Source of the DNA: Eutreptiella sp. 'Long Island Sound 2002'
Taxonomy: Eukaryota > Protista > Euglenida
Direction of reading: 5' to 3'
Assembly: GCA_964036045.1 (NCBI GenBank)
Contig: OZ038378.1
Coordinates: forward strand, 18,290,001 to 18,354,000
DNA: 64,000 nt
The notes under the pieces are model-generated. The model was not told where the DNA came from and ran no database searches. It saw only the letters and a list, made by a program, of their open reading frames with translations. Below, piece by piece: positions 24,985-37,100 of this stretch. The stretch's first letter is position 1. Every line of letters begins with the position of its first letter. The translations under genes were made by a program, and so were the position numbers.

Positions 24985-27628
24985 TTAGGCTGTGCCTGGG
25001 ACATCAGAGCCAAGGCCAGCATCACCACCACCCTGGCCCGGCCCGGAATCATCGGCATCATCGGGCTTTTTCTTAGCATCCAATTTAGCTTGCATCTGGG
25101 CCTCCATTTGCCTTTGCTTCTGCAGGAACATCGGGTTGACCTTGGTGGACCCATTCTTCGTGTACCCGCGCACAGAGGCAACTTGCAGCTGCAACCCCTG
25201 AGTGCTTGTGTCCTCGGCCTGGGGAAAAATGCAACGAACTGCACGAACTGCACGAAACGCCCGGACCGCGCGGTTCGTTTCAGTTTACGAGGAGACCGGT
25301 ACAGACCGGTCCGGACCGGTCCTTGAACAAACCGCGTAAAACGATCTAAACGGGCCGGTCCGATCATTTTGAGCAGTTTATGCAGTTGATGCAGTTCACA
25401 CCTGTGGCTCGGGTTCAATTTCCTCATTTTCCTCAATTTCCTCTTCTTGCTGGCCTGGCTGGCCTTCTTTTGCCGGGGCTTCTTCCTTCTCCTCTTCTTT
25501 TACCTCCGTCTTTCCTCCATTGCCTGAGCTGGCGGCTCGCACCTGCAGTGTTATGTTGTACAACGTAACGTTGGCCCATGAAATGAAAACCACAACCCCG
25601 CAACATGGCAACAAACCTTCGCCTTCTTCAAGGCGTCCAACTCATCTTGGAGCCGTTGCTGCTCCCGCTTCATGCGCTCCAACTCCTCTGCCCGGTCGCG
25701 CATCAGCTGGTCCGCCTGCTCGGCCGCCTCGCGTGCCTCTTGCTCCTCGCGCGCTCGCTCCATCTCCTGCCTCTCTCTTTCAGCCTGTGAGAAAAACAAC
25801 GAAATGGGACAAACTGCACCAACTGCACCAAACGATCGGACCGGACAGTTCATTTCACTTGGCACAGAGACCGGTCTGGACCGGTCTTGTACAAACAGCA
25901 TAAACCGATCGAACCGATCGGACCGCGCAGTTCGTTTCAGTTGACACAAAGACCGGTCTGGACCGGTCTTCGAACAAACAGCGCGAACTGCGACAAACTG
26001 CAAAAATAGACCTCTTCCAAGGCCCCCTGATGCTTTGCTTCCACCATTCTTTCCCATTGCCGGGCGAACCAAGGGATTGACTGGATCTCCGCCACAAGCT
26101 CGTCGGTGGTACGGGTGCTCTCCAACGGTTCCTCCCAGCTGGCATCCGGCAGCTCCCCTTGACGCACCTATGGGCATAAAGGGTTAAGACAACGAACGGA
26201 ACAAGACAAGTCGAAGGGGTGGGGGGAACAATTGTTGACCTGTGTAATCTCATGCTCCGTCCGACAAAGCTCACGGCGCAGCAACTTGTACCGGTTCCAC
26301 ACGTCCGCAGTCGACAGATCCTCCAGCGGGGGCGTGAGGAGGTCGAGCAACCGCTTCGCTGGGGACTGATGGGAACGGGGGGCGCCGGTTGCGCCGGTCA
26401 CGGGGTTGCGGCGGGGGTTGGATCGAAGTGAGCGGGAGGGGCTGGGGTCGCGCGGCGGGGAGTAGGGGTCGTAGTCCCCGTGGTCCCGGACTTCTTGCTT
26501 CACCCCACAGCCTCGGCACTTCGCGATGTTGCGCAAGAGGTCCTCTGCAGAAAAACAACACAAAAGGGTGTAAAGGGGTCGAACCGGGCGGACCGCGCAG
26601 TTTAGCGCGTTTTATGCAGTTTGTTCAAAGACCGGTCCAGACCGGTGCGGTCCGGTCTTTACACGAAGTGAAATGAATGGTTCGGTCCGGTCGGTTCGAT
26701 CCGTTCGTGTCATTTTATGCAGTTGACGCAGAAAGTGCAAACCTGAATAATCCTTGTACTTGTAGGCTTCTGTGCGGAGCGTGGACACCACTTTTGTTGG
26801 CGCGGGGATGTACTCGCTCCGCAGAAAGAAGTGCCACCGCAGCAGGTTGTTGGGGACCTCCAGCAGCAATCTCAGCGCGGCCGCCAATTGCTTCTTTGCG
26901 TGGACGTTGTTCCTAAGGCACAACTTGACATGGGTCCCCACGGAGTCTATCGAAACCCCGTATTGTTCCAACCCATTGTTGACCCGAACCACCTCCCTGT
27001 TGGTGAGGGTGTCGTCGTCCTCCTGTGACCCTTGCGCCTTGCGCCGCCTTTTGGGTTCCCGCCTCCCATGGGGGTCGTCCTCCTCGCTATCTGCCTCCTG
27101 GAAGAACTCTTGTGCCAAACTTTTCTTGCGCCTACCCTTCCCCTTGTCCTGTTTATTTGGTTTCTCCTCCTCTTCGCTCAACGGATCCTCGTCTACAATC
27201 AACCCCTCCTCGCCCTCGGGCTTGTCATCCCCCTCTTCATCCTCCTCCTCCTCATCACCATCCTCCTCATCAACCTCGTCCACATCCAAAGCCCGTTTGG
27301 ACCTCTCTGCCCGACTCCCGGATGCCCGCTGTTGCACCCTCTCCCTGGGGGTCTTTGCCTTGGCACCTCCCTTCTGAATCAACCAACTCCCCACGACCGT
27401 CTCAACGTCAAACACCACATCCCCTTTGTTCTGTTGCCTCTTGATGTTTCCATTTTTGTCTTCCGTGTATTCCTTGGTGTTTGTGAGTGTCACCTTCCCT
27501 TTTTCCACCTTGGACACCAACCCACTGAAACGGGCTCCGTGTGAGCCCTTCTTCAAGAAAACGACCCATTGCCCTTTCTCAGTGTTCTTGAAGGCCTGGG
27601 GTACCACCTTTTACCTCCTTGGTGGCAT
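24985..27628 (-). CDS. 6-exon accessory gene of the piggyBac element (acidic/lysine-rich, coiled coil, about 622 codons; in-frame TAA at codon 6)
   Basis: Exons 27628-26743, 26544-26240, 26167-26012, 25784-25617, 25542-25402 and 25197-24985. All introns are GT-AG with matching phases (1,0,0,0,0); total 1869 nt. ATG CCA CCA AGG AGG TAA at 27628-27611 suggests a disabled copy. Confidence 0.75.
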
Positions 27629-28880
27629 GGGGGAGGGCTTCACCGGGACCTTCCACAGGCATGGCAAGGAAGAAACTAAAGCAAAAAGGTGGAAAAACAT
27701 GTTGAACACTAGAAAAAAGCACAAACTGCACGAACTGCACGAACCGGTCGGACCGGCCCGTTCATTTCAGTTTAGATGAAGACCGGTCCAGACCGGTCTG
27801 GACCGGTCTGCGTACCAACTGCGCGAAATGTCATAAACGGAATGTGCTACACGACAAAGCCTATTAAACCATCATGGTGACCTAAGGTCCTTTGGGGAGT
27901 ATGCATACACAAGCATGGCAAAGCAGGGAGACTGCAAAACACCTGCACCATCATAAACTGCAGTGTTGTTGTCCAAGTAGGTGGACCGCTCGGTTCATAC
28001 TAGTTGACACGGAGACCGGTCTGGACCGGTGCAGACCGGTCTCTGGACGAACTGCATAAGGTGATCTGTCACAATGGCTCTACATTTACATGACCATCAT
28101 GCAATGTTAAGGTGTTCTAATACCCTGAGAACCCTAGGGAAACATCCATGCAACATGCGGAGTAGGTGGTATGTGTGTGCACGCTCTGTAGGTGTGTCGT
28201 ATGTGCATGTTGTGTGAAGTGTGGTGAGCTGCGCAAACTGATCGGACCGCCCAGTTCGTTTGAGTTGGTACAAAGACCGGTCTAGACCGGTCTTGTGGTC
28301 TGCCAAACTGGTCTACATGGAAAACTCTAAACCTTCATTAAATCATCAAAAAACACCAAAACCACAAGATCCGCCACATGCAAATACCCCTGACCCAACC
28401 TTTCACACAAAAGTCACACTTTGCACAAAAATCCAGACCGGACAAGACCGTTGTGCTAGTAGCCAAAGGAATATAGGTATAAGCGGTTGTTGGAAGGGCT
28501 TCAAATTCAGCATCTCCAAATTTTGGGATCCTCTGTCATCATCATCCGTCATTTATTTGGGTCACAAAGAAAAATTCATGTTTTTTCATGCTCATTGTTC
28601 AAATTGACACCATGAAGTGAGTCTATTGCCAACAAAAAGGTGCATGTGTGGCCACCTAGAATTGCTTGTCTCGTATTGATCAAATTCTATTGCCTTCGGC
28701 AGTGCACCTTGAACAAAGGCTGGCAGTCAGCCAATCAGTTACATAGTGATAGTCAGGCAAGCAGTCATCGGGCAAGCAGGTAGGCAAACAGAAACACACA
28801 GTTCGGGTTTTTTCAGTGGTAAACTCGGCTTCAAGCAGTGGGGAGAATTGCTATTGTCAGAACAAGCAGAACAAGAACAA

Positions 28881-28950
28881 GCAGTGGTCGAATGGTAATG
28901 CAGCCAACCGCAGACGTATAGGTCGGCGGTTCGAATCCCAGCGGCGCTAG
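28881..28950 (+). ncRNA. tRNA-like sequence (SINE head or tRNA pseudogene) with Pol III A/B boxes
   Basis: TGGTCGAATGG (A-box-like) and GGTTCGAATCC (B box); GCA triplet in anticodon-like position; stems imperfect. Confidence 0.55.
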
Positions 28951-30510
28951 CCGGCTTGTTAGCTCTGCCCTGTCTGACCCTTGTTCAAACCCTTCCGAGC
29001 ACAAACTTTTGACAAACTTTTGACCCCCCACCCCCATCCAGTTTCAGGGGGTAGAGGCCTCAGAATCAAAAAATCCATTGGGGGATTGTCTTATTGGGCA
29101 AAATAATGATTTTACAAGGGGTTGGACATCAAATATCATGTGTATGTATGCTACGCGAATGACCCCCCAAAAAGGCGGGGTATACGACACCCGCACCTGC
29201 GCTTGACCTAACAACCTCTCTTCGAGGTGATTTTCTGCAAGAAAAGCACCCTGATGCTAGTGAGGGTGCACTGTGTGACTTGTGTGTTAGCTCTGCAGGC
29301 CCTAGTTCATCTCTCGCGCGCTCAGCCACACAGCCAGGTGCTGCGTCATGAGCCACCAAGTCAGTGGATTTGGGCTGCAGGTGCCTTTGACTCATCTTGT
29401 AGAGTCTTGGGGTACTACATGTTTGGCCACACAGTCAGTGGATTCTGGGTTTCCACAGCCTTCAACATCTCTTGTGGAGTCTTCTAGCATTGCCACAACT
29501 GTTTGGCCCACGTGCTGAACAGTTGTTTCCCCCTGGGTCCAGGGGGGTTTGGGCTTTGGGCTATTCTCTCCGTGCCTGAACAGACCTGTATGGTCTCATG
29601 GGTTGCCTCTAGCGGGAGACGCACCTCACTCACCAAGCCCGCCACACGGCAGGTCGGTGGGGCACATACCTTTCTAAGTGCAAGTGTGCATACCTTGTGC
29701 TGCACCATGCAGCATGTGCGGCGGCAGCACGTGCATGGTGCTAGCGTGCTTGTGCCTAGGCTTGGTTCTGTTCACCTTGAGGCTGTGGGGGTGGGAGGGT
29801 GCGGGGCTGGACCCTTGCCCCCTCCCCCCTCTGAGCCCCAGGCTAAGCCCATGGCTACTCCCCAGACAGAACCTCAACTACGGGCACCTCAACTAGGGCT
29901 CGGGAGGGTGCCAAGGGTGCCAGGGGGCCCGCCGGTATCACAAAAATTGGTGGCGCCTGTCCGAAAAACTCAGTGCTTCCTTGACGCCGCCGAGGAGGTG
30001 TCCAAACCCAACTTGATCAACCACGGTCTCGGTCGGGAGGGCGGGTGAAGCCACCACAATGCCACCGGCATGAGCACAACTGTACACCTATAAAGCATGA
30101 GGCTACGTGCCATGTACATCATGGAAGGTGGTGGGAACTCCGAACAGGTGCCCCCCGTTGTTGCCACTTTGCTGTGATTTGCTGCATATTGCACTTCTTG
30201 TCCAATCGGCGTGGAGAAGAGGTCAGAAGTATGGGTACGGTAGGGGGTGGCAAAGGCACGATTTTCATGGTTGTATCTCACCCACGCTCTTTCGCTTCTT
30301 GCGCCCCTCTAGCCTTCCGTTCCTCTGGCCGCTCCATGGGTCCCTCCCTCCCACCCTTTCGATGAGTCCTCCAAACATCCCACTCCACACCCCACACCCC
30401 ACACGCCCCTCTCCAGGATCCTGAGAAGGGACATAAAGACCTTCAGTTCAGGAAACAGGGCCCTGTGCATGCGCCCTGCAAAATATCGCCGCACCAACAA
30501 AAGTACGCAC

Positions 30511-30973
30511 CTGCCCGAGCCATCAGGAGGGTGTCCTTCCGCTGCACCAGGCGAGGCAAGCTGGCTTCCTGGATTTGAGCAGCGTGGGTGAGGCCCATGT
30601 GGTGGGTCATAGCATACTTCACGTGCAACGACAAAGGCAGCGAGTCAAGGGTTGTGGTGGTGAGCATTCCTGCCTCGGTACTCAAGGCGCGGTCCATTGG
30701 AGGTGAAGCCGCATCCTCCGTTGCGGCTGCGTCCACAGCGGCGTCATTCAGGATCGTTGATGATGCAGGCCCCACATCATTTTCATGGCGTAAACCTGGT
30801 GCCATTGTTCCCACCGTCCGGTAGGAAGGCAACAGCGTTTTCCTGCATCCGTGACCAATGACACAAACCCCTTTCACAAGCCGAGGACATGCACATGCCG
30901 CAGTACCATGACACTGTACCAACTTGACCACAGAGCGGCTGGCAAAACGCAGCGGACGGACGTTCAGCAACAT
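30511..30973 (-). CDS. DEAD-box RNA helicase, exon 1 (basic N-terminal presequence, Q motif ...MGLTHAAQIQEASLP, DTLLMARAG)
   Basis: ATG at 30973, about 15 nt after a ttgcAG acceptor (30989-30988); donor GCAG|GTGCGT at 30510. Spliced CDS is 1764 nt = 587 aa. The Arg-rich N-terminus suggests organellar (Mss116-like) targeting (inference). Confidence 0.88.
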
Positions 30974-32158
30974 CCCATGACAAATCCTGCAACGGCGCAA
31001 CAAAATGATGGGTCCTGGCGCTACAATTAGGCTGAGCGCGTGGGCCTCTGAACGGGGTGGGGGATCGTCACCTTGATGCCCACCAAAAATGGTAACGGGG
31101 CAATGCTACAAGGTGGACGCTTAAGGGATCCTGTTTGAGTTGTCCCTGTGTGCTGCTGCTGCTTCTGCTCCTGATGATGATTGTAATGACAATGGGGATG
31201 ATGCTTTTACCGCTGCTGTAACTGTGCTGGATGTAGGAATTCTCGTATCGCTGATGATTACACACATCAATCTGCAACTTTCCTCTCCGGCTTGGCCCAC
31301 TGCTCCCCACACGGCCCCACGCGGGTCACCTCCGCAACTGAAGTTACGAACTAGAAACTAAGGTTTGGAACCTGGTAGTTTCCAAAACAAGCGGTCTTTA
31401 CCGGTCGTTTTCACAAAAACAACCAGTTTTGCTAATGAATGGCTATCAAAATAGCCGCCTTTTCCGATCAATTGTTTTTCAGTAACCGAAATTTTGCCAT
31501 CCCTCTAAAGAGAGCCCATAGAAGTCAGAGAGCAGTGGTCAGTCTCCGAACTCCCAGCGCATGCTCCTGTCACTCGTGCCGAACCTGGTTAAAAAATGTG
31601 CCTGGTATAGATTTGACACGTGTAGTTTCATACAAAATGTACATAAGGTTTCATCTCTCCTGATCCGAAAAGGTTACCCTTCAACCTGGTGGCGCCCTTT
31701 GCTCCTAGCAAAAGCGGAAACCATTGGTCTACAACAGCATGCGAGGTCAGGTATCCAACTTGCACTTGCACAACTGCACGGACCCGGAGCGGGAGAATCG
31801 AACTGAGACGGTCCATTTCCAAGTTACACCCCAAGTAGTGCATGACGGTCGGGAATATGGGAGACACAGTGAGTCCCCTCGTGCCTCACCATGGCGTGCC
31901 CGTGTACCCAGCCCGAACGTGCACTCCTCGCTTTTTGCAGCAAGGCCTGGCCTCGTGTGATTTGATTTGTTCTTTTGCTGCTCCCGCTTTGTTTCTTTGA
32001 CCGGGTACACAATTACTGGGACAAGTGCATTCTAAAGCCGGACGCCAACAAACAATCACGGGCATCCACCAGTCGACGCAAAAAGTGTTTACTAGAGGGA
32101 AATTCTTTGAAGCTTGATATCGTGTCCACTTTGATCGCCAAGGATTGAAGCTACCGAA

Positions 32159-32815
32159 ATGTCTCATAACAACGACAATCATTCGATCAATAATTCGATC
32201 AATAATTCCAACGCTGTGCCTCATGTGAATACAAACGCACTACAAGACTCCCTGTCCAATCTTCTCTCTGCACACGTACCAGTACCAACAAATGCTGCGG
32301 CGCAAGTCGTGTCACCGGTCCAAGCAGAACAACAAATTCAAGCACACCAACTCCAAGCTCTACTCTCGCAATTTTCTACATCTCAACCGGCAAGTTCGCA
32401 AATCCCGGAAACACAGTCCCACTGCACGCCTACGCAACTCGGACAAGGCAACGTAATCCCGGGAACACCATCTTCCGTTGGCTCGGCGGCCCCTATGTCT
32501 ACACCTTCACCGCAATCATCTAACTCTGGTATTGCTGCGCTCATCGGGCCGGACATTGCTCAGGCCCTAGTACAAGGCCTCACCGGATCGTCAGAACAAG
32601 GCGGTGGCAAAGGTGGACGCAGATTCCCCTGCAGATCGTGCAAAGCGTTCGGCCATTCTTGGCCCAAATGCCCAAGCTTAAACGTGGTTAACGTGATTAT
32701 TTCTCTGATTACATCAAAGAAGGAACAATATGACAGGGATAACAATGTGAAGCGAGTCAGCGAGGCTTTGGCCACACTTGGCGTGGACCCTACAGCACTG
32801 GGCGTGAATTTGTAA
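32159..32815 (+). CDS. ORF1a, gag-like: N/Q/S-rich plus CX2CX4HX4C zinc knuckle (CRSCKAFGHSWPKC)
   Basis: Exact retroviral-type knuckle spacing; lies directly downstream of the 5' repeat. Confidence 0.75.
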   Translation: MSHNNDNHSINNSINNSNAVPHVNTNALQDSLSNLLSAHVPVPTNAAAQVVSPVQAEQQIQAHQLQALLSQFSTSQPASSQIPETQSHCTPTQLGQGNVIPGTPSSVGSAAPMSTPSPQSSNSGIAALIGPDIAQALVQGLTGSSEQGGGKGGRRFPCRSCKAFGHSWPKCPSLNVVNVIISLITSKKEQYDRDNNVKRVSEALATLGVDPTALGVNL

Positions 32816-32884
32816 CGAAACCAGACGCCGCAGCAGCACGCTTCACATTCTACAGGCGCCACCTCTCAACTCGAATCCGCGATC

Positions 32885-34138
32885 ATGACAGCGCTTAATG
32901 GGTCCAACCCCGCACAAACCCCAGCGTCCGCTATGCCATCCCCAACCGTGCCAACACCTCCACCCGTTGCGCCCCAGCCGACTCCAATACCCACGCTACC
33001 AACCAACAACAACGCCACACACCCGCTTCAATCGCTATTCGCATCGATGGGAATCCAATCTGCGAACTCTCAACCCCCGGATCAAGCGACTCTGATACGG
33101 CAACCCGCACATGTGCCCGCCCCAACGAACCAGACCGAGGTTCCTAGCATGCCCACAAATACAGCGCCTCCCAGTACTACATGCCAACCAATGCTATCTA
33201 CCACAGGGTCCATCCAAATTAATCCCAACGACCCAAATGCTGCAGACACTCTCCGTGCCCTGCTAGCGTCTCTGGAAAGCACGAATCCTGCACCTGTACG
33301 CCAACCCCAACACTATAAAGTGCCTGTGACCAAACCTCCTGCAGCGCCACCTATCCACGTTATATCTCCACATCGTCCAGAGCTTTCTGATGACCTACAG
33401 AAGCGCACCAGGGACATGCGGTCCCCAGCGGCAGCGGTACCCACCACCGAAGATATACCAACCACTAAAGTTACAGACACGCCACAGGCTAAGCGACCTA
33501 ACGTGACTGTACACACGCCCGGGACCCCGCACAATCTGGCTCGAGGATTAGATGAAGAGTTGTCTGACATGCTGGACGACGACGCTACTTCTCTATGCGA
33601 CCGCCGAGACGAACTCGAGAAGCAGCTCCAGGCATACAAAGACATGGTGGAAGAGTTGCTGAGTGAAAAAGCTGCTTACTCCTCCTCATCTTCGGCGTCA
33701 AGCAGAGAGGCCAAGCCAGCGGCAAGTGCACCCAAACGCCCAGCTCGGGCAGCACCGAAAAGCAAGGGACATGAAATCGGAGCACTAGACCTACCCGCCC
33801 GCAGAGCTTTAACGAAAGCCGCAAGGGTACTCAAGGAGAATGATGATGTATATGCTATCAGCCCAGCTGCCCCAACCCCCGCGAATGCGACCCAGGCTAA
33901 ATACGTATATGTCAAAGACACCGTAGACCATGTGGAAACCCCGTTCGTGTACGTCAAGGTTTTCCCGGAATGCATCATCGAAGGAGCTGACAACCCCCCA
34001 GATATCCGTGTGTTCGACCGACACTGGGTATTTTCAAATGAAGCATATGCGAGGGAAGCGATTGTGTCACTGAATGATCTACTGGCGGAGCCCATGGCGC
34101 GTGCAACTGCAAAACCGGCGACCGGCGCCCCCCAGTAG
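32885..34138 (+). CDS. ORF1b, Pro/Thr-rich protein with short coiled coil, unknown function
   Basis: 417-aa ORF in the same frame as ORF1a, separated from it only by the TAA at 32813-32815. Confidence 0.65.
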   Translation: MTALNGSNPAQTPASAMPSPTVPTPPPVAPQPTPIPTLPTNNNATHPLQSLFASMGIQSANSQPPDQATLIRQPAHVPAPTNQTEVPSMPTNTAPPSTTCQPMLSTTGSIQINPNDPNAADTLRALLASLESTNPAPVRQPQHYKVPVTKPPAAPPIHVISPHRPELSDDLQKRTRDMRSPAAAVPTTEDIPTTKVTDTPQAKRPNVTVHTPGTPHNLARGLDEELSDMLDDDATSLCDRRDELEKQLQAYKDMVEELLSEKAAYSSSSSASSREAKPAASAPKRPARAAPKSKGHEIGALDLPARRALTKAARVLKENDDVYAISPAAPTPANATQAKYVYVKDTVDHVETPFVYVKVFPECIIEGADNPPDIRVFDRHWVFSNEAYAREAIVSLNDLLAEPMARATAKPATGAPQ

Positions 34139-37100
34139 TTGATGGCCTAATCCCCCCTACACCCGATGACTACTCGCGTCTCTCCTCACTGGCAATCCAA
34201 GCCATATCAACGTGGCACCCCCCTCCGTTTGTATGCGAACAACTGCGTCTCCGACAGTCTGCGCTCCTTGGGGAACGTATCTGCCGGATTAATTCCACTG
34301 TGGAATGTCTTTTGCCCTTTAATCACCATCCTGATGCAAAGCGGCTGCTTGCGTTAGCGCATACTCTACAAAAGGGACTGCTGTCGCTACCAATATTGGC
34401 TAACACCTGTGAGTTCTGCGCCGCCCTATCGTTGTCGGACCCCAAGACCACTGAGCGATACCTGAACTCTGCCCTGACCGCGGTCTCAGCAGAATGCGCG
34501 TACCGAGCTCACCAACGCAAGGCTGTAATGGCCAACGGCCGCGGCTACTTTCTTGCACCACATGCTTCTGTCTTCCAAGTCGCAGCGACGTGCCCAACGA
34601 TAGGCACCCCACTTGGACCCTGTAATGTTCTCCATGCTTTCCGAGAATTTCTCCAGACCGCCCCCGCCCTCTCACAGATTTTTTCACACTGGTGCGATGC
34701 TAACCGGATATACTCCTGGTTTAATGTCCGACTGTCCACCATTAATAGCTTTATAGACTGCATTGTAACAGACATCCACGCGTGGGTGTCCATGGCCTCG
34801 GCTGGCCCCACCCCATCCTTCCTGTCTACCAAGTGGTACAACGCCCTGTATTCCGCACTCCACGTGTGCTCCAAGTGGTCCCCTTTCTTCACACTTGGCC
34901 CCATGCTGCCCGCCCTCCACACACACCCACTATCACACCGGCTACGTTCACTGCCGTCTGTCTACACTCCCGATCTCTGCACAGCCACACAAACGTGGTC
35001 TGTCCAATGGGATCTAGTCAGACGAATTTTCCGTTCCGTCATAGGCCGTGGCAACCAGTCCCATCAGTGCTTGGTTCTACCATCAACCCCTGAAACCATT
35101 AGGAAAATACTCATGATCGCACGCCTGACCAAATCACACACACACAGGTTGGCTGAGGACCTGTGTTCACCGGATTTGTTCTCTGGACTCCAGTCAGATA
35201 CACGGTTCATCCTGTGGGTAATTTCCAGCAGCCCCCTCCACCCACACACCCGGCAGCGTGCTATTGCGGTACTCCAACCCATGTGTAAAACTGCGTCGGG
35301 TTCCCCCTCCCCCCAAGCAGACCTGATCCATAGCCTCTTTGCACCAGGAGAGCACTGCACCAAAAATCCCCCCTATCCCAATGAACCCCCAGCTGTCGCC
35401 CAAGAACCATTCACTGACCTATGGCACCGCGAAACTCAGATCAGAAGGGATGCGCTTGCACCAAGCTGGAACCAGCACACACGCCGTGTAGTCCACAAAA
35501 AACAGTGGCCAGCAATTTTCCGCTCATGGGACCGGGTTAACCAAAACCTCCACTCCGCTACACCAGCCCACCTACGCAAGCTACACGCAATGAGACTCAC
35601 CACCCAATCTGTCTTCACCCCAGGCTGCTGGGTTTACGCCCTCTGGCACATTGCTGACGGCCGGGTGTATGTTGGACAAACTGGCGGGAGGGCCAACCTA
35701 CGTAGCGTAGCGGAGCGTGGCCGAGAACACGTTAGGCTAGCTGCGGATTTTCTCAGACTGAACAACGGCAGGCGCCTGTGGCTCCCCCAAAGTGTCTACC
35801 GCTGGATGATGCAGCGGGGCCCCGAAAATTTCGTTATCACCCCTCTAGAATCCTGCCCTCCTGATACCGTCACCCAACGCGAGCGTTTTTGGATGCTCAA
35901 ATGGGGGGTCGGTAAATTGTTTAACATAGACATTCCCTCGCTGTCCAACAACCGATGGGATTTTCTCCAGTCCAGAAAGGTGTGGAAAAAAGAACTTGAA
36001 GATAAGGGCGGGTCATACCTCAGCTATGCCCGCAGCATCCTGGCCGCTGGCCAATACATCCCCCCCGACAGGCACCCACCACCGCTACTCCTAGCGGTAC
36101 TACAAAGCACCAGCCGTTACCTCCCAAGCAGCGACCACAAACGGCTGTTTGACATGGTCGCCTCGCTTTTTGCTAGACAGTTTCATGTAAAAATACCCTA
36201 CAGAATCACACTAAAAATACCATTACTGACCACCGCAGACAAAAAACACCTACACCAGAAAATAGCGACGGTGATTGACACCGTCGATGCCTGGCCCCCC
36301 TACCTACGCTCATACTTGTCATCTCGCATCTTCATTGTATCCAGGCGCACACCTTCTGTTTTTGCGGCACTGTCCCAACAGCCTGTAGCTACATGCCCCA
36401 CGCCTGTGCTTGATGACACCCCGGCGCCCCAGTGTCCCTGCTCCAAGTGGCTCAAGCTCCCAGGTGTCGGGAGTATCAACGGCCACGCGGTATTCCGTGA
36501 CCCACGAATCCTTGAGACCCATTGTGATTCACGCCCCACACGGAAACGATGTGATACCTCCATTTTCCAGCAAAATATGAAAAATGCTGTCGTCCCTTCC
36601 CTCAAATCCCTGAAGCATGATTTGGTAGACAGTCTGCGAAGCCTTGCCACCTCCCTCCCAGACCACCAGACGTCTGTCGCACACAAGTGCATTGCAGACA
36701 TAGCCTCTACATGTGCCACGACCTATCATGCACTGGCCAGCTCCCATCCAAAGACAGTATATGAACCGTACATCAAGAAACACGGTCAGCGATTGCCTGA
36801 TGGTATCGTCTGTACAGTATTGGACAAAGCACCACAGGTGCCCATTTTTTGCTGTGCTAACGTGTGGCGTCACATACACAGCACAACTTTCCTCCAGTCT
36901 GGCCGATTCCAGGAGCTGTCCCGCTTTCCCACGAATCGGGATGCACAATGCTGGCTGTACTGGGAACTGGCTGACTCAATTTCTTTGTCAGTGCGAGGCG
37001 AATACTGTGCGTTTAGCGTGCTTCATGGCGTGTCCCCTCTCCCTGCAAAGGACCTAGCATTAGCATACCAGACATACCTCTCCTACCCCTCGTCACCGCA

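Larger units (their letters stand above)
22663..28450. repeat. Dispersed hairpin module (AACTGCACGAACTGCA...CGGACCG...GACCGGTC x3...CGGTCCG...CAGTTTATGCAGTT), about 8 full or partial copies
   Basis: Copies at about 22663-22915, 24531-24682, 25235-25397, 25810-26003, 26585-26728, 27722-27826, 27985-28060 and 28228-28305. 22890-22911 and 28229-28250 are a perfect 22-bp inverted pair. Confidence 0.9.
22635..28470 (-). mobile_element. piggyBac-family DNA transposon (two genes; boundaries approximate)
   Basis: Contains a piggyBac transposase and a 6-exon accessory gene. A single GACCGGTC/AACTGCA repeat-module family runs from 22663 to 28450. No TTAA-flanked TIR found; only a short candidate inverted match (TTGGCTAC at about 22638 / GTAGCCAA at about 28459). 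Confidence 0.7.

Noticed and set aside
28881-28950. Functional tRNA-Cys
   Set aside because: Acceptor and anticodon stems do not pair properly; kept only as tRNA-like.
6263-30973. Non-conventional euglenid introns in the helicase
   Set aside because: All six introns resolve as GT-AG with consistent phases.
31900-31960. HDV-like ribozyme (CACTCCTCGCT resembles the L3 loop) or hammerhead in the PLE repeat
   Set aside because: The P3 partner strand is missing (TTT follows instead of GTG), and no CTGANGA...GAAA core was found by eye; a covariance-model search is still needed.
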